64,000 bases of DNA, taken from contig CACKZF010000002.1 in assembly GCA_902604565.1 (NCBI GenBank), forward strand, positions 4,693 to 68,692, given 5' to 3'. The notes under the pieces were generated by a model. It saw only the letters and a list, made by a program, of their open reading frames with translations. It was not told the origin of the DNA and did not search any database. The first letter of the stretch is position 1, and each line of letters starts with the position of its first letter. A program made the position numbers and the translations under genes. Positions 10,312-20,606 of this stretch are shown here, piece after piece. This DNA is from an uncultured Pelagibacteraceae bacterium (lineage in GTDB: Bacteria; Pseudomonadota; Alphaproteobacteria; Pelagibacterales; Pelagibacteraceae).

Positions 10312-11430
10312 TTAATCTTTAATCCAACCACCACCTAGAACTTTGTGACCAAATTGGTCTTTTTTGTAAAATACACAAGCTTGGCCAGGAGATATTCCGT
10401 ATTCTGGTTTTAGAAGATTTACTTTAACATTTTCATTATCTTTTATATCTACTTTTGCATCTAAAAGTTTGCCAGTAGATCTTACTTTGACCAATATATT
10501 TTTGTCTAATTCATTTATATTTGTAAGTAAATTTAAGTTTTTTAAATATATATTACTTCTTGCTAGCTCTTCTTTTGGACCAATGTAAATTTCATTTTTC
10601 TCAGCATCAATTTTAATTACATAAAATGGCTCCTCATTTGAAACTTTAATTCCTTTTCTTTGACCAATAGTAAAATTGATTATGCCATCATGTACTCCAA
10701 CAACTTTTCCATCTAAATTTTTAATATTTCCTTTTCTGTATGATTCTGGTTTGAATTTTTTTATTACAGAAGCATAATCTCCATTGGGCACAAAGCATAT
10801 ATCTTGACTATCTGGTTTATCAGCAACATTTAAATTCAGATTTTTTGCAATTTCTCTTGTTTTATCTTTAAGAAGTCCACCTAGTGGAAATCTTATATAA
10901 TTTAATTGCTCTCTTGTAGTATTAAATAAAAAATAACTTTGATCTCTATTTTCGTCAATTGCTCTGTACATATTCGTTGAGTTATCTTTAGTTAAACTTT
11001 TTACATAATGACCTGTGATTAAAGCATCTGCATTTAAATCTTTAGAAAATTCAAATAAATCTTTGAACTTAACTGTCTGATTACATTGTACACATGGTAT
11101 TGGTGTTTCACCCTTTAAATAACTATCTACAAAGTTATCTATAACACCTTGTTTAAACTTATCTTGGTAATATAAAATCTTATGTTCAATATCTAATTTA
11201 TGTGCAACTCTTTTTGCATCCATTATATCTTGACCAGAACAGCATTGTTTTGAAGCAGCAACTTCTTTGCCATCATTATAAAGTTTTAAAGTAATCCCAA
11301 TTACTTTATAACCTTCTTGCTTCATCATCCCAGCAACTGTTGACGAGTCTACGCCTCCAGACATGGCCACCACTACTGTAGTTTCTGACGGTTTTTTATT
11401 AAATCCTAATGAGTTAGTTTCTAAATTCAT
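10312..11430 (-). CDS. mnmA: tRNA 2-thiouridylase MnmA
   Basis: [50 protein letters not shown]. Confidence 0.97.
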   Translation of the reverse strand: MNLETNSLGFNKKPSETTVVVAMSGGVDSSTVAGMMKQEGYKVIGITLKLYNDGKEVAASKQCCSGQDIMDAKRVAHKLDIEHKILYYQDKFKQGVIDNFVDSYLKGETPIPCVQCNQTVKFKDLFEFSKDLNADALITGHYVKSLTKDNSTNMYRAIDENRDQSYFLFNTTREQLNYIRFPLGGLLKDKTREIAKNLNLNVADKPDSQDICFVPNGDYASVIKKFKPESYRKGNIKNLDGKVVGVHDGIINFTIGQRKGIKVSNEEPFYVIKIDAEKNEIYIGPKEELARSNIYLKNLNLLTNINELDKNILVKVRSTGKLLDAKVDIKDNENVKVNLLKPEYGISPGQACVFYKKDQFGHKVLGGGWIKD

Positions 11431-11471
11431 TTGATGGTATTTATACTTATTTCCATTATAAGTTAAATTAA

Positions 11472-11648
11472 ATGATTTTAGATTTTGAACCAGGTGACAA
11501 AGTTATTAATCCAGCAAATAAAAGTTGGGGTATTGGTCAAGTTCAGTCAATTATCAACGACAAAGTAACTGTTAATTTCCAAAATGTTGGAAAAAAAGTA
11601 ATAAATGCAAATAATATAGAACTCGAGAGAATTGATAGTAATGGATGA
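11472..11648 (+). CDS. DUF3553-like small protein (58 aa)
   Basis: Read by hand: [45 protein letters not shown]; the [14 protein letters not shown] signature; overlaps the cysQ start. Confidence 0.8.
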   Translation: MILDFEPGDKVINPANKSWGIGQVQSIINDKVTVNFQNVGKKVINANNIELERIDSNG

Positions 11649-12417
11649 AACTAAAATAAGGAGTGTTGTTGAGGATTTAATTGACACTTTTCTAATGGCT
11701 GGTGAATTGTCTATTAAACTAAGAGAGAAAGGTTTAAATAAAGAGATTAAATCTGATAATACCCCTGTAAGCAATGGTGATCTTGAGGTAAATAAAATTA
11801 TCACAAATAAATTGTTAGAGTTGACGCCATATATACCAATTGTTTCTGAGGAAACTTCACACAATAAATCTAAAAATAACTTAAAAAACTTCTGGCTAGT
11901 TGATCCAATTGACGGAACATACGACTATATAAATGATGGTGAGGAATTCACTATTAATGCTGGATTAATATTAAATGGAAAAGCTATTGCCGGTTTAATT
12001 AATGTGCCTGCAAAAAAAAGGATGTTTTATAGTTTTGGAAAAGATCAATCATATGAGTTTACTTCAAACAAAACTATAAAGTTAGACTGTAAGAAAATTA
12101 CTCCTAAAGGTTCAATTAAAGTAGTTTCATATTCAAATAATCTTAAACCTGAAATTGAAAAAATACATAAAGATTTAGGAGTAACAGAACACGTTCGAAT
12201 GAAAAGCTCCCTTAAATTTTGTGTAATAGCTACAGGAGAATTTGATGGATATGTTGCTGAGCCAAGAGCTTGCGAATGGGATATAGCTGCAGGGCACGCT
12301 ATACTTGAAAACGCAGGTGGAATAGTAACAGATTTTAATGGCAATGAAATTACGTATGGTAAAAAAGATTTTAAAAATCCAAGTATAATTTTAAAGAGAA
12401 GTAAAAATTTACAATGA
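11641..12417 (+). CDS. cysQ: 3'(2'),5'-bisphosphate nucleotidase CysQ
   Basis: KSDNTPVS, SEE, WLVDPIDGT, WDIAAGHAIL; ATG at 11641 preferred. Confidence 0.9.
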   Translation: MDETKIRSVVEDLIDTFLMAGELSIKLREKGLNKEIKSDNTPVSNGDLEVNKIITNKLLELTPYIPIVSEETSHNKSKNNLKNFWLVDPIDGTYDYINDGEEFTINAGLILNGKAIAGLINVPAKKRMFYSFGKDQSYEFTSNKTIKLDCKKITPKGSIKVVSYSNNLKPEIEKIHKDLGVTEHVRMKSSLKFCVIATGEFDGYVAEPRACEWDIAAGHAILENAGGIVTDFNGNEITYGKKDFKNPSIILKRSKNLQ

Positions 12418-12560
12418 GTGAACAATTAAGAATAATTTTAATTATAGTTGTATCTGTATCAATATTTGGTTTAATTGTATTTGTCATGGTTAAAAATTAT
12501 ATAAGAAATAAAATTCAATACTATTTAGAAGAAAAAAATAAAAAAACTAAAGAAGATTAA
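12414..12560 (+). CDS. 48-aa single-pass membrane small protein
   Basis: ATGA overlap with the cysQ stop; MSEQLRIILIIVVSVSIFGLIVFVMVKNYIRNKIQYYLEEKNKKTKED has one TM and a charged tail. Confidence 0.5.
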   Translation: MSEQLRIILIIVVSVSIFGLIVFVMVKNYIRNKIQYYLEEKNKKTKED

Positions 12561-13110
12561 TTATTTTTAAATATTCATCTTTTTCAAGATCCATAACTCT
12601 TCTTGAAACTTCAAAATCGAAACCTGAACGAGCTAATACTCCTATATCTTTTTTATAAAACAAAGGTCGATTATCCTCTTGTCTTGATGGTCCAATTCTT
12701 TTCTTTTTACAGATTTTTATGGCTGAAAAAAAATCCTGATCTTCATTCTTATCTTTTATTTGTTCAATTGTATTTTTAATATATTTTTCACCCACACCTT
12801 TATTCATTAAGTAATTTCTTATTTTATTTATAGATGATCCTCTTTGAATTAAACTTTTTGCTTTTGACTCTGAATAAAATTTATCGTTTATAAACTTTGA
12901 TTTCTCTAAATCCTCAAGAACAATATCTATAAGATTAGAAACATCATTTTTTTTTATATTAGGAGTCCTTGATGTTAAATATTTTTTTAATAAATAAGTT
13001 CTTAACTGTTGTTTTGAGGGTGCAAATTTTTCTACATAATTAAGTGCAAAATTCGTCATCTCATCCACTGTTACTTCTAATGTCTTTTTTTTATTTTTTA
13101 TGGGAATCAT
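12547..13110 (-). CDS. recX: RecX family regulator
   Basis: ALNYVEKF..S..QLRTYL, INDKFY..SK..SL..RG, LARSGF; alphaproteobacterial RecX pattern. Confidence 0.8.
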   Translation of the reverse strand: MIPIKNKKKTLEVTVDEMTNFALNYVEKFAPSKQQLRTYLLKKYLTSRTPNIKKNDVSNLIDIVLEDLEKSKFINDKFYSESKAKSLIQRGSSINKIRNYLMNKGVGEKYIKNTIEQIKDKNEDQDFFSAIKICKKKRIGPSRQEDNRPLFYKKDIGVLARSGFDFEVSRRVMDLEKDEYLKIINLL

Positions 13111-13139
13111 TGATTTATTTAATATAATATAAAAATAAT

Positions 13140-13613
13140 ATGATTGAACAAATAGCAGCTTTTTTTACCATTGAGATGATTTATTTATGGTTAAATATAG
13201 GTGTAATACCCTTCTGGTTAATTCTGATTATTTTTCCAAATTCAAAGATTTGTGGATTATTGGTTACTTCTGTGTTTCCATTTTTTGTTTTAACAGCCGT
13301 CTATATTTATCTAGGTTATTATTTCTATATTTCTGGATATGATTTTGATTACAATTTTACGCTGTATCTTGGTCTGTATGACTTGAGAAATCTTTTTGAA
13401 GCTGAAGCTTTTTTGATAATGTTTTGGACACACTTTTTAGCAATAAACTTATTTTGTGGAGCATGGATAATGAAAGATAGTCAAAAATTATTTATGTCTA
13501 AATATATAGTGTTTGCTCCAATAATAATTACTTACTTTATTGGTCCTTTAGGTTTAGTTATTTATTGGATAATAAGAATGTTCTACGCTAAAAGAATTAA
13601 TTTGTTAGATTAA
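13140..13613 (+). CDS. ABA4-like (DUF4281) membrane protein
   Basis: PFWLILI, WTHFLAINLFCG, GPLGL motifs. Confidence 0.75.
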   Translation: MIEQIAAFFTIEMIYLWLNIGVIPFWLILIIFPNSKICGLLVTSVFPFFVLTAVYIYLGYYFYISGYDFDYNFTLYLGLYDLRNLFEAEAFLIMFWTHFLAINLFCGAWIMKDSQKLFMSKYIVFAPIIITYFIGPLGLVIYWIIRMFYAKRINLLD

Positions 13614-13621
13614 AACCTAAA

Positions 13622-14008
13622 TTACTTTACTACTTTAAAACCTGAATTTTGCATTGATCCAAAACCGCCATCTACATGGCAAATATTTTTAAAACCCATG
13701 CTTTGTAAAGTTTTTGTTGCTAATGCTGATCTTAGACCCCCAGCACAAAAAAGAACCATTTCCTTATTCATATCAATTTTACCATCTTTGAAATATTGAC
13801 TATCTGGATCCATCCAAAATTCCAGCATTCCTCTTGGTATGTGAGAAGACTTTTCTATTCTTCCTAATCTTTCTAATTCTCTTACATCCCTGATGTCAAT
13901 AAGGTTACATGTATCATTATTTAATTTTTCTAGAGCTTCCTCAGGTGATATTGTTTTAATTTCCTTTAAAGCTTCTGCGACTAAAGTTGATGCTGATTTA
14001 ATTGTCAT
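13622..14008 (-). CDS. Single-domain rhodanese
   Basis: IDIRDVRE, IPRGMLEF, FCAGGLRS active-site loop, VDGGF. Confidence 0.9.
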   Translation of the reverse strand: MTIKSASTLVAEALKEIKTISPEEALEKLNNDTCNLIDIRDVRELERLGRIEKSSHIPRGMLEFWMDPDSQYFKDGKIDMNKEMVLFCAGGLRSALATKTLQSMGFKNICHVDGGFGSMQNSGFKVVK

Positions 14009-14066
14009 AAATGTTTATTACACTAAATTAAAAATATTACTATATAAATTAAACAAAGGTCATTAA

Positions 14067-14510
14067 ATGAAAGCTCCAAATTTTAAATTATCATCTACAT
14101 CAGGTAAAACTGTTGAATTAAGTAAAGTAAAATCAAAATTTATCATCATCTATTTCTATCCTAAAGATAATACAAGTGGATGTACAATTGAAACAAATGA
14201 TTTTAATAAACTTTTAAGTAAATTTGACAAACTTGGATGCACTATTTTTGGAATATCCAAAGATAGTTTAGAAAGTCACGAAAAGTGGAGTAAAAAACTT
14301 AATTTAAAATTTGAACTATTGGCGGACGAAGATAAAACTTCTTTAAAAGCTTACAAAGCTTGGGCAAAAAAGAAATTTATGGGTCGAGAATTTATGGGTA
14401 CAATAAGAAGTACTTTTATTATTAAGAAAAATAAAATCATTAAGGAATGGAGAAACGTTAAGGCAGCGGGCCATGCTGCAGAGGTTTTAGATTTCATAAA
14501 AAATTACTAA
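14067..14510 (+). CDS. bcp: Peroxiredoxin Bcp
   Basis: YFYPKDNTSGCTIE and RSTFII. Confidence 0.9.
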   Translation: MKAPNFKLSSTSGKTVELSKVKSKFIIIYFYPKDNTSGCTIETNDFNKLLSKFDKLGCTIFGISKDSLESHEKWSKKLNLKFELLADEDKTSLKAYKAWAKKKFMGREFMGTIRSTFIIKKNKIIKEWRNVKAAGHAAEVLDFIKNY

Positions 14511-14540
14511 AAAAAAGGCCCCTGTTAAGGGGCCTTTTAT
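14511..14540. terminator. Bidirectional intrinsic terminator between bcp and amtB
   Basis: AAAAGGCCCCT-GTTA-AGGGGCCTTTT perfect hairpin with A/T tails. Confidence 0.85.
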
Positions 14541-14568
14541 CAACTATAGAGAGAGAGATAGTTATTCT

Positions 14569-15870
14569 TTAGTCTCTTATTGCGTATGCGATTACTCCAG
14601 ACTCTGTAACATCTGTACCAAGTCTTTCTGCTTCTTTACTCAATCTAATACCCATTGTTCCTTTCATAATTCCCCAAACTATTAGTGAAACTATAAATAC
14701 GAAAGCATTAATTGATATAACTCCAAGAAGCTGCGCTCCGAATGATGCATCACCGTTTGTTAGCGGAACTGCTAAAGTTCCCCAAATTCCAGCGAATAGG
14801 TGAGCAGGTACTGCTCCAACAACATCATCGATTTTTAGTGAGAATAAAAATTTAGTTCCGAAGACAACTATTATTCCACCAATCGCACCTATAAGAATTG
14901 CTGCTAGCGGTGAAGGCATTAATGGTTCAGCTGTAATTGCAACAAGACCACCAATTGCTCCGTTAAGCATTTGAATGACATCAGTTTTACCCGACATTAA
15001 TCTTGTTATTGCACCAGCTGCTAACACACCACCACAGGCTGCTAAGTTTGTATTAATGAAAATATTTGATACTGCTACTGCGTCATCAAATGTTCCCATT
15101 GCTAATTGTGATCCACCATTAAATCCGAACCAACCTAGCCATAAAATAAATACACCAAGTGTTACTAATGGCACTGATGATGCTGCAAATGGCTTCATAG
15201 GTTTAGCTGCTCCAGATTTATCAAATCTACCAGTTCTAGCTCCTAAAAGAATTGCTCCAGCTAATGCTGCTGCACCTCCAGTTGAGTGAACAAGAGTTGA
15301 ACCTGCAAAGTCAGAGAAACCAGCAGCTGCCAACCAGCCACCGCCCCACTGCCAACCCATAACGATTGGATAGATAATTCCTGATAGAATAGCCGCAAAT
15401 AAAAAGAACGGCCATAATTTAATTCTTTCAGCTAATGTTCCAGATACAATTGAAACTGTTGTTGCACAGAAAACCATTTGGAAATACCAATCAGATCCAT
15501 CTGCATAACCAGTATCAACTGCACTTGCATCAGACCATGGAGTAAAGCTTCCAATGTATCCACCCTCTGGAATTCCGTATGCTAAATTATATCCAACCAT
15601 CCAGAACATAATTCCAGCTATTGAAAATAATCCGATATTTTTGGCACATATTACTGATACACTTTTTGATGTTACCATTCCTGATTCGAGCATGGCAAAA
15701 CCTGCTGCCATAAACATTACTAAGAAACCACAAACCAAGAAAAGAAATGTATTGAATATGAAACCAACTTCAGCTGAAACTGTAGTTTCAGCATAACCTG
15801 CACTAGTCATATTTAGTAAGAAAAATAAACTTACTAATGGACCAGCCAGTCTTTTTAAAAGTTTAACCAT
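14569..15870 (-). CDS. amtB: Ammonium transporter
   Basis: GFAMLESG, DFAGSTLVH, WFGFNGGS, DDVVGAVPAH. Confidence 0.97.
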   Translation of the reverse strand: MVKLLKRLAGPLVSLFFLLNMTSAGYAETTVSAEVGFIFNTFLFLVCGFLVMFMAAGFAMLESGMVTSKSVSVICAKNIGLFSIAGIMFWMVGYNLAYGIPEGGYIGSFTPWSDASAVDTGYADGSDWYFQMVFCATTVSIVSGTLAERIKLWPFFLFAAILSGIIYPIVMGWQWGGGWLAAAGFSDFAGSTLVHSTGGAAALAGAILLGARTGRFDKSGAAKPMKPFAASSVPLVTLGVFILWLGWFGFNGGSQLAMGTFDDAVAVSNIFINTNLAACGGVLAAGAITRLMSGKTDVIQMLNGAIGGLVAITAEPLMPSPLAAILIGAIGGIIVVFGTKFLFSLKIDDVVGAVPAHLFAGIWGTLAVPLTNGDASFGAQLLGVISINAFVFIVSLIVWGIMKGTMGIRLSKEAERLGTDVTESGVIAYAIRD

Positions 15871-15986
15871 TTCACCTCCGTTTAATTAAAGGTGTTGTTA
15901 TAGATTTAATAAAACTAAAAACTATTGATTGTTATTTAAAAGAGATATGCAGTATTTGCATGTAGTACACCGTATGCTTGTATAAA

Positions 15987-16030
15987 AAAACAGCCTTTAT
16001 TAAATTCTAATTTTTAATAAAGGCTGTTTT
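15987..16030 (-). terminator. Intrinsic terminator of hup
   Basis: AAAACAGCCTTTATTAAA / TTTAATAAAGGCTGTTTT inverted repeat just after the hup stop. Confidence 0.75.
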
Positions 16031-16036
16031 AAAAGT

Positions 16037-16312
16037 TTATTTATTGAAAACTTCTTTAAGCGCTTTTGCAGGTAAAAACTTTACCTTTTGAGAAGCAGCG
16101 ATTTGGATCTGTTCTCCAGTTCTTGGATTTCGACCAATTCGGGCTTTTCTTTTAGCCACTTTATATGTTCCAAAACCAGCAATTTTAACATTATCGTCGC
16201 CTTTTAAAGCGTCCAAAATAGTGTTGGTAATCGTATCAAATGTACGCTCAGCATCAGCTTTACTTTGATTTAATGACCCTGCTAATTTTGCTATAAGTTG
16301 TTTTTTGTTCAT
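16037..16312 (-). CDS. hup: HU family DNA-binding protein
   Basis: MNKKQLI, IAGFGTY, GRNPRTGE. Confidence 0.95.
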   Translation of the reverse strand: MNKKQLIAKLAGSLNQSKADAERTFDTITNTILDALKGDDNVKIAGFGTYKVAKRKARIGRNPRTGEQIQIAASQKVKFLPAKALKEVFNK

Positions 16313-16463
16313 TTTAGCTCCGGTTTTAAAGGTTATATTTATATACTTAACAAAATCGTTGATAATTCAAGCTTTTTTTTTGTGTCTCTAATTAGAGTTA
16401 CCACAATATATAGTTATAAATAAGTATTGATTTATATAGCCTTTTTAACGTTAGAAAATCCCT

Positions 16464-17573
16464 TTAAAATAAGCCTAAATCTTTAAGGTCATTGAACGTT
16501 GCAAAAAACATCAAAGTTAACAATAAAAACATTCCGATTCGAAAAAAACCTTCCTGTGTTTTTTGACTTAATGGCTTTCCTAAAACCTTTTCAAATGTAT
16601 AAAACATCAAATGGCCCCCATCTAAAAGTGGTATTGGAAAAAGATTAATTAAGCCTAAACTTATCGATATATAGGCCATCATACTAATAAATGGCAATAT
16701 TCCAAATTCAGCCACTTGTCCTGAAATCTTTGCTATTCTAATTGGTCCACCTAATTGTGAACTATCCCCAGATCCAGTAAGCATTGAACCCATATATTTA
16801 AGAGACGATGTAGTTACAAAATATACTTCTTTAACAGACTCTATTAATGCATTTGCTGGACCTAATCGTTTATGATTTATTTCATTGTTATATGGACTTA
16901 GTTTAATACCAACTATTCTTTTATTAATTTTATTTCCTAAATTATCAACGCCTGCAACAATTTTAGGTTTAACCTTTAATAATATCTCTTGATCATATCT
17001 AGAAATTTTGAAATCAACTATCTCAGATGTTGACATTAATATCAGTTTAGAAACATCAAGAATACTCTCAACTTTATTGTTATCTATTTCAAGTATCACA
17101 TCATTTTTTTGCATTCCCGCTACTTCTGCTGGACTATCTTTTTGGACTTCATCAATAACTGCAGGTGTAAAGTCTTTTCCAGCAAACATATATATGAATA
17201 AAAAAATGAATATTGCTAAAACGAAATTTGCTATTGGCCCACCCGCTACAATTAAAGATCTTTGATATAATGGTTTTGTTACAAAGAGTTTTTCTTGATC
17301 CTCTTTGTTATATTTTTTTAACAATTCTTCTTGATCGGCTTGAGAAAATACATTTCTATCACCAAAAAATTTTACATAACCTCCAAGAGGTATCCAGCAA
17401 ATCTTCCATCTTGTGCCTGATTTATCATTCCAACCAATTAATTCTCTACCAAAACCTATTGAAAAATCTGTTACACCAACTCCGTATTTTTTTGCAAAAT
17501 AATAATGGCCATATTCATGTATGAAAACAACTACTAAAATCAGCACTATAAATGGTAGTATAAAAGAGAGCAT
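16464..17573 (-). CDS. rseP: RIP metalloprotease RseP
   Basis: HEYGH, PDZ domain, NLFPIPLLDGGH. Confidence 0.95.
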   Translation of the reverse strand: MLSFILPFIVLILVVVFIHEYGHYYFAKKYGVGVTDFSIGFGRELIGWNDKSGTRWKICWIPLGGYVKFFGDRNVFSQADQEELLKKYNKEDQEKLFVTKPLYQRSLIVAGGPIANFVLAIFIFLFIYMFAGKDFTPAVIDEVQKDSPAEVAGMQKNDVILEIDNNKVESILDVSKLILMSTSEIVDFKISRYDQEILLKVKPKIVAGVDNLGNKINKRIVGIKLSPYNNEINHKRLGPANALIESVKEVYFVTTSSLKYMGSMLTGSGDSSQLGGPIRIAKISGQVAEFGILPFISMMAYISISLGLINLFPIPLLDGGHLMFYTFEKVLGKPLSQKTQEGFFRIGMFLLLTLMFFATFNDLKDLGLF

Positions 17574-17728
17574 ATGAGCTATTTATATTAACTATATTGG
17601 TTTCTTACAAGTTTCAAAGTGTCCAGTTTATGTCAATTATAAGCATTCTAAAGACTTAAATAAATGATTTATTGTAATTGGTATTAGAACATATATGCAT
17701 TTTCCGTATATCTTTAAAAGAATTAACC

Positions 17729-19174
17729 ATGAAAAACTTTAATGAATTAGACATAGAAAACAAACTAAAGAATTCAATTAAATATTCAAATTTTATCACA
17801 CCTACACCAATTCAATCTCAAGCAATACCCATTGCGCTTGAAGGAAAAGATGTGCTTGGAACTGCACAAACTGGAACTGGTAAAACTTTAGCATTTACAA
17901 TTCCATTAATAAATAAATTGATCATTAATAAAAATGCAATGGCTTTAATAATATGCCCAACGAGAGAATTAGCTAGTCAGGTAATGGGTACGATATCTAA
18001 ACTCACTTTAGGAGATATAAGAATTGGTAATGCTCTTTTAATTGGTGGAGAAAGTATGCAAAAACAACTAAGACAGTTGAATAAAAGAGCTCGAATAATT
18101 GTTGGAACACCAGGCAGAATTAACGATCACTTAAAAAGAAAAAGCTTAAATTTAACAAGAGTTACTTACTTAGTTTTAGATGAAACTGATAGAATGCTTG
18201 ATATGGGGTTTACGCCTCAAATTGAAATAATTTTAAAATTCATTCCAAAAGAACATCAAACATTATTATTTTCAGCCACTTTACCAAATAATATATTGAA
18301 AATTTCTGAAAAATATTTGAGAAAACCAGAAAGAATTTCAGTTGGATCAGTTTCAACTCCAATAGAAAAAATTAAACAAGAAATCTTTCAAATAACTCCA
18401 GATAAAAAATATCATGAATTAATTAATCAATTAGTTGAGAGACAAGGATCAATATTAGTTTTTGTTAAAACAAAACATGGTGCAGATAAAATAGTAAAAA
18501 GATTAAAATATGATGCTCATTCAGCAGAGGCAATTCATGGAAATCTAAGACAAAGTAAAAGAGAAAGAGTTATTAGAGGATTCAGATCTGGTAAAAATAG
18601 AATTTTAGTTGCAACTGATGTTGCTGCTAGAGGATTAGATATTCCATTAATCCAACATGTAATAAATTATGATCTACCGCAAGTACCTGAGGATTATATT
18701 CATAGAGTTGGTAGAACGGGTAGAGCTGGTAAAGAAGGATCAGCACTTACCTTCTTAACAAATAATGATCGTAGTATGTGGAGAGAAATTGAGAAATTAA
18801 TAAATCCAAATTTTAAATTAGAAGAAAGTATTAATAGAAAATCTAACAAAAAAAATAAAAGATTTAAAAAAAGAGGTAAATCATTTAAAGATAGAGGAAA
18901 TAGAAACGATAGGCGGGATAAAAAAAGAAAATTTAAGTTTAAAAGTAATAAATTTAAAAAGTCTAATTCAGATAAGCCATACAATAGTGATAGTGAATTT
19001 GATAAAAAAAAGAATTTTAAGTTTAAAAATAAAAAAAATAAAAAATTTCATACTGATAATTTAAAAGAACAAAGTTATAATCCTGATAGTAGAAAAAAAT
19101 TTAAATTTAAGAAAAAATTTAAGAATAGAAAAAGACCAAGAAACTTCTCCTTTAAAAAATTTAAAAAAAATTAA
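17729..19174 (+). CDS. DEAD/DEAH-box RNA helicase (DETD variant) with basic C-terminal tail
   Basis: TPIQ, GTGKT, PTRELA, TPGR, DETD, SAT, ARGLD, HRVGRTGR; ATG at 17729 preferred. Confidence 0.93.
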   Translation: MKNFNELDIENKLKNSIKYSNFITPTPIQSQAIPIALEGKDVLGTAQTGTGKTLAFTIPLINKLIINKNAMALIICPTRELASQVMGTISKLTLGDIRIGNALLIGGESMQKQLRQLNKRARIIVGTPGRINDHLKRKSLNLTRVTYLVLDETDRMLDMGFTPQIEIILKFIPKEHQTLLFSATLPNNILKISEKYLRKPERISVGSVSTPIEKIKQEIFQITPDKKYHELINQLVERQGSILVFVKTKHGADKIVKRLKYDAHSAEAIHGNLRQSKRERVIRGFRSGKNRILVATDVAARGLDIPLIQHVINYDLPQVPEDYIHRVGRTGRAGKEGSALTFLTNNDRSMWREIEKLINPNFKLEESINRKSNKKNKRFKKRGKSFKDRGNRNDRRDKKRKFKFKSNKFKKSNSDKPYNSDSEFDKKKNFKFKNKKNKKFHTDNLKEQSYNPDSRKKFKFKKKFKNRKRPRNFSFKKFKKN

Positions 19175-19175
19175 A

Positions 19176-20606
19176 TTACTTCAGTCTCCACGTAACCACA
19201 GGTAAAAGTGTTGCAACAATAAATGAGCAAAACAACAAAGATTGTGAGATAAATATTGGAAAAAAATCAGCAGGTAATATTATTCCTACAAGTATTGATT
19301 TTGAGAAATCGGGACTAGGAAATAATAGAATTCCACCAATTAAACCAATTATAATTGAAATATAAGCATTTTTTTCATTAAATGATTTTGAATAAAAACC
19401 ATAAAATACACTTAATACTGCTGCACAACAAAATAAATCAGCTAATAAAAATAGATATAAAATACTTAATCCTTTTGAAGCGACAAAAAATGAAATCAAG
19501 GATAAAAATATTATAATTTGTTTAGATAATTTTAAATAATTACCTTTAAATTTTATAACTTTATTTCCATCAACAATAATCAAACTAGAGATAGCATTTA
19601 CCAATGTATCTATACTGCTCACTGTCAGTGAAATTGCTAAAATAGTTATTATTATTGATAAAAAGATGGCTTGGTCTTTTAACAATAAAGAAAAGAATGC
19701 AAGATCAGGAACTACACTTGGATTTTGGGAGGTTGCAACTAAACCTGAAAAGCCCATCATGAATACTATTGGTATAATAATTATAAAAGATACTATTAAG
19801 CTATTTTTTAAAACTTTATTATTTTTAGCAGCATAAACCCTTTGCCAGTTACCTTGATGAAAAAGATTAGTTGCTGCAACAGCTATAAAAAAAGTTAGGC
19901 CTGCAGTAAAGTTAGGCAAATAACCTGGGCTTAACAAATAGGGTTTGCTCTGTTTTACAAACTCAAAACTAAAATCATTAGGATTAAAAGAAATTAAATA
20001 AAAAAATGCAATTAACAAAAGTAAACTAAAAACTATAAATTGAATATTATCTGTAAATATTGAAGCTCTAAGACCACCATACAAAGTGTAGACAAGTGAG
20101 CTGACAATTACAATAAATGCAGTGATCCATAGATCAGTTCCTGAAATGTAATTAATTAAAATTGAAACGGCGGTAACTTCTGCTATTAAAAAAATAGTCA
20201 TATAGAAAATAGATAAAAACAAAATTAACTTAAATAATTGTGAGCCAAATCTAGATCTAATCACCTCAATTAATGATTTTCCTGTTGGATATTTATCTCT
20301 AAATTTTTTTCCTAAATAAATTAATGCAAAAAGAGGAAACGCTGTCCCTAAGGAATATCCAATAACAGCCCCTGCTCCTCCCCAGGTTGCTGCTGATGCG
20401 GGACCGAATAAAATCCATGCTCCTAAGGCAGATGCAACTAAACTGGTTGTTAATGAGAAAGTCCCGACAGATCTACTTGCAACTAAATAATTGTTTAACC
20501 CTTGATATTTTTTTGAATATGCAAGACCAACTATTACAAAAATGATACAAATAATTAAGGTTAATAAAATTGCAGATGATTGATTTAAGATGTTTATTTG
20601 ATCCAT
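19176..20606 (-). CDS. thiV: Sodium:solute symporter, ThiV-type thiamin-precursor (HMP) transporter
   Basis: SSS motifs (YTLYGGLRASIFTD, WQRVYAAK) and a TPP-like riboswitch abutting the start. Confidence 0.75.
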   Translation of the reverse strand: MDQINILNQSSAILLTLIICIIFVIVGLAYSKKYQGLNNYLVASRSVGTFSLTTSLVASALGAWILFGPASAATWGGAGAVIGYSLGTAFPLFALIYLGKKFRDKYPTGKSLIEVIRSRFGSQLFKLILFLSIFYMTIFLIAEVTAVSILINYISGTDLWITAFIVIVSSLVYTLYGGLRASIFTDNIQFIVFSLLLLIAFFYLISFNPNDFSFEFVKQSKPYLLSPGYLPNFTAGLTFFIAVAATNLFHQGNWQRVYAAKNNKVLKNSLIVSFIIIIPIVFMMGFSGLVATSQNPSVVPDLAFFSLLLKDQAIFLSIIITILAISLTVSSIDTLVNAISSLIIVDGNKVIKFKGNYLKLSKQIIIFLSLISFFVASKGLSILYLFLLADLFCCAAVLSVFYGFYSKSFNEKNAYISIIIGLIGGILLFPSPDFSKSILVGIILPADFFPIFISQSLLFCSFIVATLLPVVTWRLK

